A stretch of 64,000 nt of DNA from Botryllus schlosseri. Lineage: Eukaryota. Below, one piece after another: positions 52,109 through 64,000 of this stretch. The stretch lies in contig CM119378.1 in assembly GCA_051294905.1 (NCBI GenBank), positions 2,172,001 to 2,236,000 of the forward strand, in the 5' to 3' direction. Within the stretch, counting starts at the first letter, position 1. The number at the start of each line of letters is the position of its first letter. The position numbers were made by a program, and so were the translations under genes. Under the pieces are notes generated by a model. It was not told the DNA's origin. It made no database searches and was given only the letters and a program-made list of their open reading frames with translations.

Positions 52109-55100
52109 CTAACGAACGACGCGGTAAATATGAGGCTCATCACCCCGCGTTGCAAGCGCCGTCTCTTCGTTTGTATCATCAGGAACAAGTTCATCGTTGT
52201 TGAATCCTGTGGAATCGTACGCTGGATTTGTCAAGCCCGGAAAGTCTTCATCTCCTGGCTCTTCATAGCCGGACCTCTCCTAAAACACAGGGCGCACACG
52301 GTAGACATTGACAGCAAAGATGAGCGTGGATTAATTAATTTGCTAAATTACAAGTGTAAGTAGTAATTTCCAAGACATGCTTCATGAAGTGGCAGTAGAA
52401 TATCGAAGATTTTACTTCAGTTAAGTTTATTATTAACAATTTTATCAGATCAATATATCACAATATTGCGGTAAAATGAAGGTGTTGAAACGACTTGGAG
52501 TAGTCTCTGAAATCAGACACCCACCTGGGCCTAGACGATGTAAATAAGAGACATGCACACTGCACACTAGATGAAAAGTAAAAGAAAATTTACATAAAAG
52601 GCCAAACGACAGACAGAGGTGGCACGCGACGAAAGGCGAGGTTGATATGTCAGACCCTGGCCCGGAATTTTCCGGCGGTGACTGAAGTAAATAGTTTCAA
52701 AAACCAGAATTGATAGAGGAGTTTGATACTTTCGTCTGTTATCGGAATGATCTACCTTCAAAATTGCAGGTTGTATCTGCCGCAAAATTAAGGTTATTAT
52801 ATTCTAAGATCAGAAAAGGAGTACATTTTTCAAAAATTCTGAAAGCTCTAATACCGGAAAAGAAAACTAATGATTTTGAAAATTTTTGGAGAAATGGTAC
52901 TAGTACTGGGTTGACTAAAAAAACGGTTTTCATTTTGTCCCAACTCCTGAATTACCTACTCTTTTACGATACTTCTGTGGCGTTGAATATAAGAGGTCAT
53001 CTTTCCGACTTGCCCACCGAATGACCCACTTTTAGCGTATATTAGCGGTGTTGACAAAAGAATTAAAAAAAGGTCATCTTTCCCATTTCTGCTCCCGAAA
53101 CACACCCGTCACACCGTATTTTTCGTTGATTGTCTTGCCAACTCTGGCGTTCGCTGCGTCTGAGTCCAGTTTTTGATCGCATTTCAACACTTTTTCGAGA
53201 AGACGACACATTCCCAAAAAAGAGGAAATTTAGGATGCCTCCCAGGATATATTCAATTTATTGAAAAAAAAGGACAAATCCTCTTAAAAGACAACATATG
53301 GTAACCCTACGCAAAATGACCATGAGACTACAAATATGTAGAATATTGGAAAATGTATTGGGTTACCGTAACAAAGGGGGCTACTTTGCGCGGTTATTAT
53401 GAGAATTTAACCCATAAAATGGATGCAAAGTTATCCCAATACTACTTACTACTATCTAAAATCCAAATTGCATGACGTACATAGATAAAAGGCTAAATAC
53501 AGCCACTATCGTATGTAGTGCGGGTAGTAAAAACCAGCACTTCATTATGGACTCAAGATTGTAAAGCCGTGACTCATCGTAGAGAATTGTTTCAAAATTT
53601 GCAGCCTGATTTGGTTAAATCAAGTTTGGTGTACATAACAAATATAGTTACAGTTTGTCGTATCTAGAGAAGCAAACAAACTTGTTTATCAATTTCAAAT
53701 CAATTTTACTGTCTGAAATTTGTAACGAAACGAAAGTTATCATTAAAACAGATCGCATATATCCTCAAAAGACAAAATTCAAATCTGACAAGATTGGATA
53801 ATCATTAAGCGTCATTCCGAACCGTCGATATATTCATGATTGGTTGAAAATACGGCAAAGATTCACAACCAGAATGTCTATATCGAACGCAACAGAGGTA
53901 AGCTCTTTCCGATTCATTTTGCGAGAATAATAATGTCTCCCTATGTCTCACTGCAACATTGGAAAATCAAACCATATTCAAGAGTGGCACGAAAACGATG
54001 TTTTGGTATTTTTGTGATTTCATTTTTACGTTAATATTGAAAAAAATTCCCATCACTTCCGAGGCTTTAATTACCCGAAATAGAGAAAATCCTCCTGTCC
54101 GCCGTTTTTTCCACCAATAAAAGACGACTCCTCCAACGACGATCGCCAACAGAAGAAGCAGGACAAGTACAATAACCACTGCGTTGCTTCCGCCTTTTTT
54201 GGCCTGAAAATATGCATATATAATATAGAGCCCGACCGATATTGGATTTCTGAGCCGATACCGATAACACCGATATCCAGTACCTCCACCGATAACCTCG
54301 ATATATTCAGCCGATATTCAAAATGTATGGAATCTAGCTCAAGGCCCGTATTTAACACCTCAGAGCATTTATTTCAACAACTTTACAGCCATTGATATGC
54401 TTGAACATGAAATAAATGATCTAGGGGCTATAAAAATATATCAAAAGCACCAATCCAGCAGTTGCAGATTACAGTTCACGAAGCACAATTTCTCGGCGCT
54501 TTCTCCAAGGAGTGAACTTCTGTGGTCTTTCATAAATGATGTATATAGTACTAAACACAGTGAGCAGTCTTTCACTTGGTACCTAGTGGCACAGCAAGGA
54601 TTGGAAATCTTTCTTCATTTCGGTTCCACCGCTCCCTTGCAGGGGATCTTTCCTTTCAATGGTTTCACCAAATATTGATATTCTTCTGGCAGAGCACCTG
54701 GAGCCTTCAGCACATCATCAACAAATAGCTGAAGAGAAAGTTGAAAACAACTCAAATTGTCCATGTCTGCAACTGCTCCACCCATCCCCCTTGGGCCTTG
54801 ACCATGACCAGCATTTCAACAATCAATTGATCAATATTTTACGCTCTTTTGTCAGAATTGGCCAATGTCATCATGGAATCAAAAATGTTCGGATCTGTTA
54901 TTGGCTTTACTCCACCTTTGCTTGATTTTCTTTCCCTCTATGCTCGCATATTTCCTATCATGGTGGCCCCGCAGGTCTCAGCCCTCAGTCAGAGTGTCAT
55001 ACGACTTCATACATTACTGGTATAATTAGCTCTGTTGGTACCGAACCAATAGCACTATCTTCAGAGAAACGTTTCGACGCGACGCTTTTTTCTATCATCA

Positions 55101-58100
55101 CGAGGGCCAGTCCAGCATGATTGAAGTTCTCATTTCTCTTACTGATTGAAATCTTCTGCAGACAACTATCCATCCAGGTTCCAGCTGCTCTCTGTCTTTG
55201 GTGATCGATTGATTACTGCAGGGGGATTCCCGCGAAGTCAGCGGGGCATAACGGTGGTTAGTTATCTACAATATTTTTCAGATAGGAACGCCTACTGCCC
55301 TCTATGCAGCATGCACTATATGCAGCTTGGGCCATTTATTTTTATAATTTACCACCCTCACGTCTTCTATCGACTTCTCTGACTCCCTGCCACCATGTTG
55401 TGACGTCACGAAAAAGGCCGATATTTTTTTTACCTTCAATGGCCGATACCGATATTTCTCTCCAAGCGTGATATCGACTCGATATTATCGGCGAGCCGAT
55501 AATCGGTCGGGCTCTAATATAATATATATCCATTGCATGCATTGTCTTGACCAACGTAAAATGACAAACAACACCGCAAATAACCGCAATATTCGAAAAT
55601 ACATTCAGTTACCATGATGCAGGGGGTAACAAAAAAGTGATGCAAACTCAACTTATAACGATCAGGTAAAAGTTGGAAGTACTTTTAAAACAGCGATTGC
55701 ACGAGTAGCACAAAGTAGGCAAAGCTAAATAATCTTTTTCCACATTGTATTTTTTACAGTATACGACTTGTCATAAGATTCAAGTTGTACGCCATAGAAT
55801 CTGCACGCATTGAATACACAAAACATATAGCTGCCGGATCGCGCGCCAAACAGGGTTGTAACCAAATCATGAGGCTCCGAGTCACAAATCAATTATACTT
55901 TTTTTATTTTGACTCGAGTCAAGACGAGTCATTTTCAATTCACCACCGAGTCCGAGTCAAGACTCGAGTCGGAGCGCAAGACTCTCGGGTGATAGTTAAG
56001 GCCTCGGATACATAACATACTCATTTTGTCACTCTAAATATGTTTATTCAAATTGATAAAATACAGTTTCTATTCCTATTTTTCAAATATCGGCACTGAT
56101 ACGAGATTTGAATACGTCATTTCAATTGTATTGAGTCAATAGAAGTCCAGTCAATACACAAATTGACTCGAGTCATTACAGCCCTGGGCTTGACCAGGTG
56201 GTGAATTGAAAATGACTCGACTTGACGCGAGAAATTAACCTGTGACTCTGTACCTTGTGACTTGATATTACAAACCCTGCCTCTGCGAAGACCATTTTTT
56301 TCACACAACATCTTGTCGCATCATTGGCAATTTGCGAAACATAATGTTACTCACCACTGAGGTATCGTTGTGAGAACGATTGCCTTGATACGCAATACTA
56401 GCCGTCGCTGTTTGAGAAAATGCGTTTGCTACAGTTCCGGTTGCGTCCTTATCGATCGGACCGCCCGGTTTGATCGTGGTCATGTGCTTTGCGGGTGATT
56501 TACTTTTGGCGGGAATACTCTTAGCTGAAATGAAAAGAACCAGTCCAGTGTTGCAGCAGACTTTTGTGCCCCGCAAAATATAAGAGAGCTTCTTTGAGGT
56601 GAAGAACTTCAACAAGCAATTGATTAGTATGTTCATATTGAAATGAACTTGAATATTTTCGGCTGACACTCGTCAGGGGTGTTTGTCAGCCACTACTAGA
56701 GCAGTGGTTCTCAACCTTTTTGTCTTCACGGACCCCGTTTGGATCGTCACAGACCACCTACACACAATCTTCAGTTCAAATTTAGCTCCATTATCATACA
56801 ACAGTAATCCATCATGTGCAAATATTAACTGCAGTCCAGTGATTAATCAGAGTTGGATCAATTGTAATTTGTAATTGATCTGAATGTAATTAATTACATT
56901 TTTTCATGTAACTGTACTTGTAATTGTAATTGAAGCATTTCTATTTTGTGTAATTGTAATTGTAATTTGATAAAAGCTTTCCAACCAAGGTTTCATCAAG
57001 CTTGATCACGCATTTGTTGAGATGTTATCGCAATCTTACCTCCAATCTTGGCCAAATTTACTGCGGCTAGAAAATTTCGCACCCTAATGTTCATCAAATG
57101 CAATCCAACAGTTTCCGAGCAGGTGAAAATGTGAATGCCAACCAAAATGTTGTATTTCGTAGTTATCAGGAGGTTCTTTCCTTTTGCCTTTATTTTAGTT
57201 TTACACATCTTATTGGTATCATCCTTATCGCCGACGCCTTACCAATTACATTTCATTATCATCACTCAGCTCTGAGTAGCCTAATCGTTTGATTACATTT
57301 CATTGACTGTCCTGTAGCCTATTTGCTGTTAGTCGCTCAAACCTTTGGTTCTTAACAGTCGCTTGAAACATTTTTCTGTGTTGGTAGTTTTCAGTACTCG
57401 TGATTAGGAATAGTTCGAATATGTTCGAGTTTTTTTTTACTTAAAGGGTATTCTACGTATCATGAATAAAACATGAATAGCTTGAGATTGTTGCTAATTA
57501 CGTCGCTACGGTTGTCAAAGAACACCTCTCTACCAGATCAATTACATGTTTAACAATAATTGTAATTGTAATTGTAATATATTACATGTTTAACAGTAAT
57601 TGTAATTGTAATTGTAATTTGATATTTTTAACTTTGAGTAATTGTAATTGTAATGTAATTTAAACATGCAAGTGAGTAATTGTAATTCTAATTGTAATCG
57701 AGCTGAATTATTGTAATTGATCCAACTCTGGTGATTAACAGCAACAAAATGACATCGCACTATGCATGTAGAAATTGGGTAGATTATTTATTTTATTTCA
57801 AAGCGAATTGTAGCTGCATTTCTTGAAATACATGGTGTGTCTTGAAAATTCTACCTTTGATTTGATATGAGCAGATGCCCAGAATCCGTTATCACACAGA
57901 TACGTGGTGGCGAATGTCATAATAACGGGCACCAAACTTGAGAAACAGAGTTTTTATTGAACATATATTGAACAATTCTATCTAGCATCTTGAAGTTAGG
58001 CAATAAAATGAGTTATCACTAGGGCGATTTTTTTTTGACATGTCAAAAAAAGTGAAAATATTGTCAAAATTGTAGCGTTAGGTCAAAAAACGTCAAAATT

Positions 58101-61100
58101 GTTTACAAAGTCGAAATTTTTTATGCAACGCGCATTTCGTTTGTATCCTAAATGTTTGCACTGTCGGTGAACTTATCATTTGACATTGTCTGAACATTGT
58201 GAATCACAAACATTCCAATGAAACAATTAGGTTGACATGGTGTTATGCTCAACGTACCGCAATATCCTATCTGAAGCAAGACTACGTGGGCATTGCATGG
58301 TTCTTATATCAAGAAGCGCATGATAACAAATTGTGATGTAGACACCATTGTCAGAATGAAGCAACACGGTTTGTCACCAGCAGTGTACGCACAACTTCAG
58401 TGTTATCAGCCAACAACTGCTGCTATCGTACGTTCTTTCTCCATTCTTGGCAAGCTACTTAGTAAGGACAGACACATTCTACCCAAGAATGTAGGAAAGT
58501 ATCTTTCGTTGTGCTACAACAAATTTCAATTATTACTACCATAATACGTGATGTAACTATTGGAATTCTTCATAGGGCCAGATTTCGTCAAAATCAAGTT
58601 TTTTCACATAAAAATTTGTCATTTTTCGAGTCAAAAAAGCTTTTTCAAGCCAAACTACTTTGTAAGGATAGACAGTTCATACCAGAAAGGAAGATAAGTA
58701 GTATAATTATAACATTATGTGAGAAAACACCTAATTTGCATATGTTAGGTCAAGATTTGGTCAAAATTAAGTTTTTCAAGGTCATAAAATGTAATAATTT
58801 GATTTTTCAAGTAAAAATCTGATGTTTTTTAGGTAAAAAATCGCTCTATTTAGCGCAGTAGGATATATCATCTCAGACGGCCATTCTGTTGATGTTGGTC
58901 ATGAAGTTTAAGCAGTAATGATGCAAAACTGCCTAATATTTCCCTATTTAAAAAATTAAAAATTTATGTTATCAAACATTTTGCAAATTCAAAGGTTTCG
59001 CAGCCCCCCGGTTGACAACCACTGTACTGGTGAATTTGAAAAAAAGAACAGCAGTAGCATTCATAAATATCACCTATAGCAAGACCATCGGAGACAATAT
59101 CAGGATTTCTTAAAATGTCACTATTTCCGAGATCTTTGAACTGGCGATAATTTTTGACGCAAATAAACTAACCTGTAGTCGTCTTGGTAGTTGGACTCAA
59201 ATTGCTCTTTGTAGTTGAGCCAGTTGACGAAGTCAATGCTGAAGTTGAGATTGTCGGCATGAGCCGCACCATTCCAGGTATGAATGATTCGACGATATGA
59301 ACAACACCGTTGGTGCCGATAATATCTGATTTTTTCACCCGCACGCTATTGATATAAACCTCGCCGTTGATATTTTGGACCGGATGAAATAGCTTTGTGT
59401 TAAGACTGATAGACGTCAGACTTTGCAGGTCCCTGTAGTAGAGCGTTTTCCCTGAAGTATATATATTACGGTATGTATACAGAGCTTCAATATACAATTG
59501 AATAGCATATTCATATTGAAATGAACCCGAATATTTTCGGCTGACACTCGTCAGGGGTAATTTTCAGCGGCTAGTAAAGAATTTGGAAAGAACGTTGTAT
59601 ATCAACAATTGCATCACAAAATATGACATCACCGGGACACAAATTCAACTAATTCCAATAATTTGTTCACATCAATTTTTCGAATTTTCATTTATGCCTA
59701 TTTTTGCCTAAAAACCGAATACTGTTAGAAGAAACAGTCTAAAATTTAGACTTGGACAACTTGAATAGATGGTGAAATGCCGGTAATGTAATTTCATTCT
59801 TATTTGTGAAATTTAATTGGTTTGATATGCAGACATTTGCTGTGAAGATGAAGTCTGATATGATATGAGCTGAAATTTAGTTTTATTGTATTTCTTTCCA
59901 GCTTTTGTGAATGCACTTAATCTAATTCTAATAATATTTTAAAAAATTGTTCAGGTATAATACCAATTTCAAGGTGACGTGTAAGAGCTGCAAATTTTCT
60001 AACTGTTTGTTTTTCTCGGTTTACAAGATAACACGAAGCACAGGCAGGCTGTTACCCAAACTATAGATGAGTCAAACGCAAACCTTTAATGATGTGTCTC
60101 TTGATAGCGTATGTTGGCCGTGATCTTGAGGAAATGCGAGCAGGTACAAAAATAGTATAATTAAATTTGGTAGACCTCATCCTCCTCCTGTATCCAGCAG
60201 GTAAGCGCTTCAGCTGTTAATCATAACAGGATTGAAATATCATTTCATCTTCTCAAAACACCACAGGACTGCGATACAATGAAGGAAGGTGTCGAAAAGA
60301 CTTGGAGTAGTCTTTGAAATCGGACACACAACTGGGCCTAGGCAACGTATAAAGGAGGCTGTTCTAAGACAACTTTTTTTCCCGGATTTCAGCCATTCAC
60401 TGATTAAATTGTCAGGTTACCCTAAAAATCGTTGCGCACCAAATTTGGTTCAATTCTAACAAGTATAAGCCACCGCAGAGCCTATCAGAATTTTTAATTT
60501 AATAGGGAAAATTAAAAAGAAAATTCAAATTTTTCTGTCAACCCCATGAAATTATAGAGTTGTCTTCAAAGACGATGCAAAACAATTTTGACTCAATTCC
60601 AACTAGTAGAAGCGAAATTATTTGAGTTTTTCGTTGATAAGTCTCAGATCATCCTTGGTTGGGGGATAATCCGAGTTTTTCGTTGATAATTCTTGGATTA
60701 TCCTTGATTGATGAATAAATAATAGTAAATTAAAAATTCTAATAGGCTCTGCGGCGGCTTCTACTTATTAGAATTGAACCAAATTCCGTGAGCAGCGTTT
60801 TTTAGGGTAACCTGACAATTTAATCACTGAATGGAAAGAAATATTTTAAATACATAGTAACAACGAATTGCAAACTTTTCATATGAAAATAATTCTCCAA
60901 TAGTTCTGATAAATATAAAAAGTTTATTAGGGTGGATTAATATTGATGATATTTACTGTTCTTGTATATTTCGTTCCAAATCAGAAAAACACCAAAAGAA
61001 CGAAACCAAAATGATAATACATGAAGGAGATAACTGGCCATCACTGCACTGGAATATCAATATCTATCATTAGATGGAAAATTCAGACCTGTTCAAAAAA

Positions 61101-62790
61101 ATCCCTCATTTCGAGAGATTCTTGAATAATTGACAACACAGAACCGTGACACACAATACCATCGCCTGAAACACAGTAAGACATGTTAAATTCGACACCC
61201 AGTTCACTTTAAACCATCAATTACCGATCGATCCCGCATTACACTGGCAAGTGGTTTTAGGCAAAGCCCCCGGCACAGATGGCGGTACGTCAGTGCAAGT
61301 AGCTTTTCTGGAGCAGCCCCCGTTATTGGTGTTGCAGGTCCTGGCTTCCCTTTTGGAGCATTGGTTCACCCCATCGCCCTCGTAGCCCGGTTTGCAGACG
61401 CATTTTGCCGGGTTGCCTTGGGAATTGACGACGCAGGTAGCCAACGCGTGGCACGTGCTTGTTAAGGACGTACACGGGTCGTATGGTCGACAGAAATATC
61501 CATCACCTGGGAATGATATCATTGAAATTATACATAAAATTGTCTTTGTATTGTATGTAACAGATATTTACAGTGTACAATCGAATATTATATTCATAGT
61601 GAAATATACCCGAAGATTTTTGGCTGACACTCGTCAGGGGTAATCGTCAGCAACTATAGAGATTTAAAAAGAATATAGTGAATCAGTTGTTCTTACTGCG
61701 GACCCTTTGGAATATTTTGAAAAACCAATATTCCTCCTATTTTTTCAACCATATTTTTTAGAAGACGGTTCACACATTAACTGGAAGAATGATAAAATGA
61801 TGTATAGAAATGTATTTTTATTGCAACGAAATGTGGAACTATGACGAATTGAAGTAGTTACATAACGCATTATGATAGAACGAATTAAAATTTGTTGCAG
61901 TAAAACGAAAGACACTTTCCTACATTCTCGGGTAGAAAGTGTCTGTTCTTACAAATAACTTTCCAAGAATGGAGAAAGAACGTTCAACAGCAGCAGTTGT
62001 TGGCTGGCAATACTGAAGTTGTGCGTACACTGCTGGTGACACACCGTGTTGCTTCAGTCTGACAATGGTGTCTACATCACAATTTTTCATCATGCGCTTC
62101 TTGATATAAGATATAAGAACCAATGCCCAGGCAGTCTTGCTTCAGTTAGGATATTGCGGTACGTTGAGCACAACACCATGTAAAGCTATTTGTTTTATTT
62201 CAATGTTTATGATTCACAATGAGCAGAAAAAGGCCCGTCTACAACGGTAGGCCTATAAAGTAGGCTACGAGCTGTAAAATGTCAAATGATCAGTTCGCCG
62301 ACCGTGTGAACATCTACGATAGAAAAATTGAACAAAAATTTTGACTTTGTAAACGATTTTGACGATTTTTTGACCTAACGCTACAATTTTGACTTATTTT
62401 ACAATGTCAAAAAAATCGCCCTAATCATACATCAAATATCAGATATATGATATTCCATTTATTGTACGGCTGTATTTGGCCCTATCTGTTTACATCATGA
62501 CAAATGAGAAAAATATGTGCCGTACCCGAGAAATCACCTACAACCACTCACCAAGCCGAATTCGACTTACCCACGAAATTCTGTCTGCATTTGCATTGCA
62601 CCTGTTCCCGATTGATTTCGCAAGTCGCATACTGCGAACAACCGCCGTTGTTGACTCTGCACATTTCCATGAAATTACAGTACGTGACGCCGTCTCCTCT
62701 GTAGCCAGGCTTGCAGTAACAAGTGCCGGAATCCAGACAATAGCCGTTAGTGTGACATTTCGGGCTGCACACGTTTGACGCATTTCTCGA
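52109..62790 (-). CDS. Stabilin-like EGF/fasciclin (FAS1) type I membrane receptor, 3' part (5' exons not found, probably beyond the window)
   Basis: Exons 62790-62571 and 61506-61225 (EGF repeats, CRVNNGGCSQYATC); 61165-61089, 60213-60084 and 59451-59173 (FAS1: YTIFVP, HII, GTNGVVHIV); 56524-56355 (Ser/Thr stalk); 54203-54075 (TM followed by KKRR); 52279-52109 (tail with NPAY, stop TAG). All phases compatible. Confidence 0.85.
54226..55516. mobile_element. hAT (Ac-like) non-autonomous element
   Basis: TIR TAGAGCCCGACCGAT...ATCGGTCGGGCTCTA with perfect TSD ATATAATA and CCGATA subterminal repeats. Confidence 0.88.
56600..56700 (-). repeat. Hammerhead-repeat copy, catalytic core intact but stem I broken
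   Basis: Reverse complement reads ggctgacaaacacccCTGACGAgtgtcagccGAAAatatTCaagt. Confidence 0.75.
56702..59024. mobile_element. hAT/Charlie-type element hosting two nested elements
   Basis: TIR CAGTGGTTCTCAACC...GGTTGACAACCACTG; TSD TACTAGAG/TACTGGTG (6/8). Contains a GTAATT-array MITE at 56848-57730 (CAGAGTTGGATCA TIR) and the 58020-58848 element. Confidence 0.75.
58020..58848 (+). mobile_element. Full-length copy of the hAT C-terminal-fragment element
   Basis: TIR TAGGGCGATTTTTT...AAAAAATCGCTCTA. ORF 58293-58544 reads QCYQPTTAAIVRSFSILGKLLSKDRH. Confidence 0.78.
59523..59568 (-). ncRNA. Predicted minimal type I hammerhead ribozyme (most intact copy)
   Basis: Reverse complement GCTGA aaatt ACCC CTGACGA G tgtcagc C GAAA ATAT TC GGGT: stem I ACCC/GGGU, CUGANGA, G10.1-C11.1, GAAA, palindromic AAUAUU stem III, UC cleavage site (cut between 59529 and 59528). 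Confidence 0.7.
60393..60834. repeat. Long inverted repeat (foldback/MITE-like) with arms of about 110 bp
   Basis: ccattcactgattaaattgtcaggttaccctaaaaa...gcagagcctat pairs with ataggctctgc...tttttagggtaacctgacaatttaatcactgaatgg. Confidence 0.75.
61570..61680 (-). repeat. Hammerhead-repeat copy (G12 to A core change)
   Basis: Reverse complement reads tagttGCTGACgatTACCCCTGACGAgtGTCAGCcaaaaatcttcGGGTA. Confidence 0.75.
61850..62423 (-). mobile_element. Partial copy of the hAT C-terminal-fragment element
   Basis: Ends AAAAAATCGCCCTA at 62423. ORF 61920-62123 reads QYCQPTTAAVERSFSILGKL. Confidence 0.75.
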
Positions 62791-64000
62791 CTGGAAAAAA
62801 AATAACGTCAATATCACTTCAAGACATTTTGTGCTTTTGGTCAGTGTCGTAACCAAGTCACAAGGTTTCGAGTCACAAATCAATCTCACTTTCATGGTTT
62901 TGACTCGAGTCAAGTTGAGTCATTTTTAATTCACCACCGACTCAAGTCGGAGTCAAAGTCAATGAGCACAGGGTTCAGGGCCGAGTCCAACTCGAGTCAT
63001 GATAGTCTGATGACTAGACTTGACTCGAGTCATTTTCCTAAAATACTGAAATGACTCGACTCGAGTCAATCTATGTATTGACTCAACTTGGACTCGAGTC
63101 ATTGCGCATGACTCGAACCAAGTCACATGACTCGAGCCTCAGACAGCCGAGACCGACATTTCATTGTAATTTCGAAGAATAGTAAAGTCACCACACTATT
63201 GAAATTTCTTCTATTGGTACTGGTACTTGAAAATGAGACCAGAAACTTCCAAAAGTGGGAAAAATTAGTATAATATAAACGTGAACCATTCGATATCGCC
63301 AAACAGAGTTATAACAGTGGATTTAACAAGACTTTGACTGGAAACTGAGCAGTCAACACAATGACTTGGACTCGGACTCGAATCATAATACCATGACCTG
63401 GACTCGAACCTCTGCTCGCTGACTTGGACTCGGACTTGACTCGAGTCAAAACTATAAAGTGAGATGGACTTGTGACTCGGAGCTGTTTTGACTTGGTTAC
63501 AACCCTGACAGTTTCGAGGATTATGACTCGAGTCCGAGTCCAAGTCACTGTTTTGACTGTTCAGTTTCGAGTTAAACTCTTGTTAACCCACTTTTTCCAA
63601 CTCCGCTTAGTGATATCGAATAATATTCCAATTTTACTCACTTTTAACACTTTCAGGTCGCATTTGTAAGTACTAGTACTAATAGACCAAATACCAATAG
63701 TGTGGTGACTTTACCGTTCTTCAAAATTCCAATGAAATGTCAGTCTTGGCCATCCAAGTCTCGAGTCATATGACTTGAGTACAAGTCAAGTCAATACACA
63801 GATAGACTAAAGTCTGATTGAGTCATTCTCCGAATTTTAAAAAATTGAGTCGATTCACAATTTTTGGTGACTCGACTTGACTCGAGACATTTTCTCAAAA
63901 TTCGGAAAATGACTCGACTTTAGTCAATCTGTGTATTGACTTGACTTGTAGTCGAGTCATGCCTGGAGCGAATACAACCCTGCTTTTGGTTAGTTTATGC

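Overview
AT-rich, intron-containing animal DNA (invertebrate; species not identifiable from the sequence alone), densely filled with DNA-transposon relics. Four host genes can be reconstructed. (1) An intronless SAR1 GTPase (442-1020, +). (2) A TMEM45-family gene (3015/6137-17035, +) with two duplicated, same-length alternative first coding exons. (3) A TRIM-like locus (about 33.5-46.9 kb, +): an N-terminal coiled coil and a C-terminal six-repeat NHL propeller flank phase-compatible acidic exons and a single-exon IRE1/RNase L-like non-RD kinase domain. (4) The 3' part of a stabilin-like EGF/FAS1 receptor (52109 to at least 62790, -). Intergenic and intronic DNA holds nested hAT, Kolobok, pogo/Tc1-like and P-like elements and LINE tails; one decayed Kolobok-type element carries a THAP transposase and a P2X7-ballast-like gene. 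The two most notable signals are a dispersed ~200-bp repeat (about 11 copies) whose core folds as a minimal type I hammerhead ribozyme with a palindromic stem III and a predicted pseudoknot, and the putative coiled-coil/kinase/NHL chimeric gene. All gene models and family assignments are manual, made without database searches.
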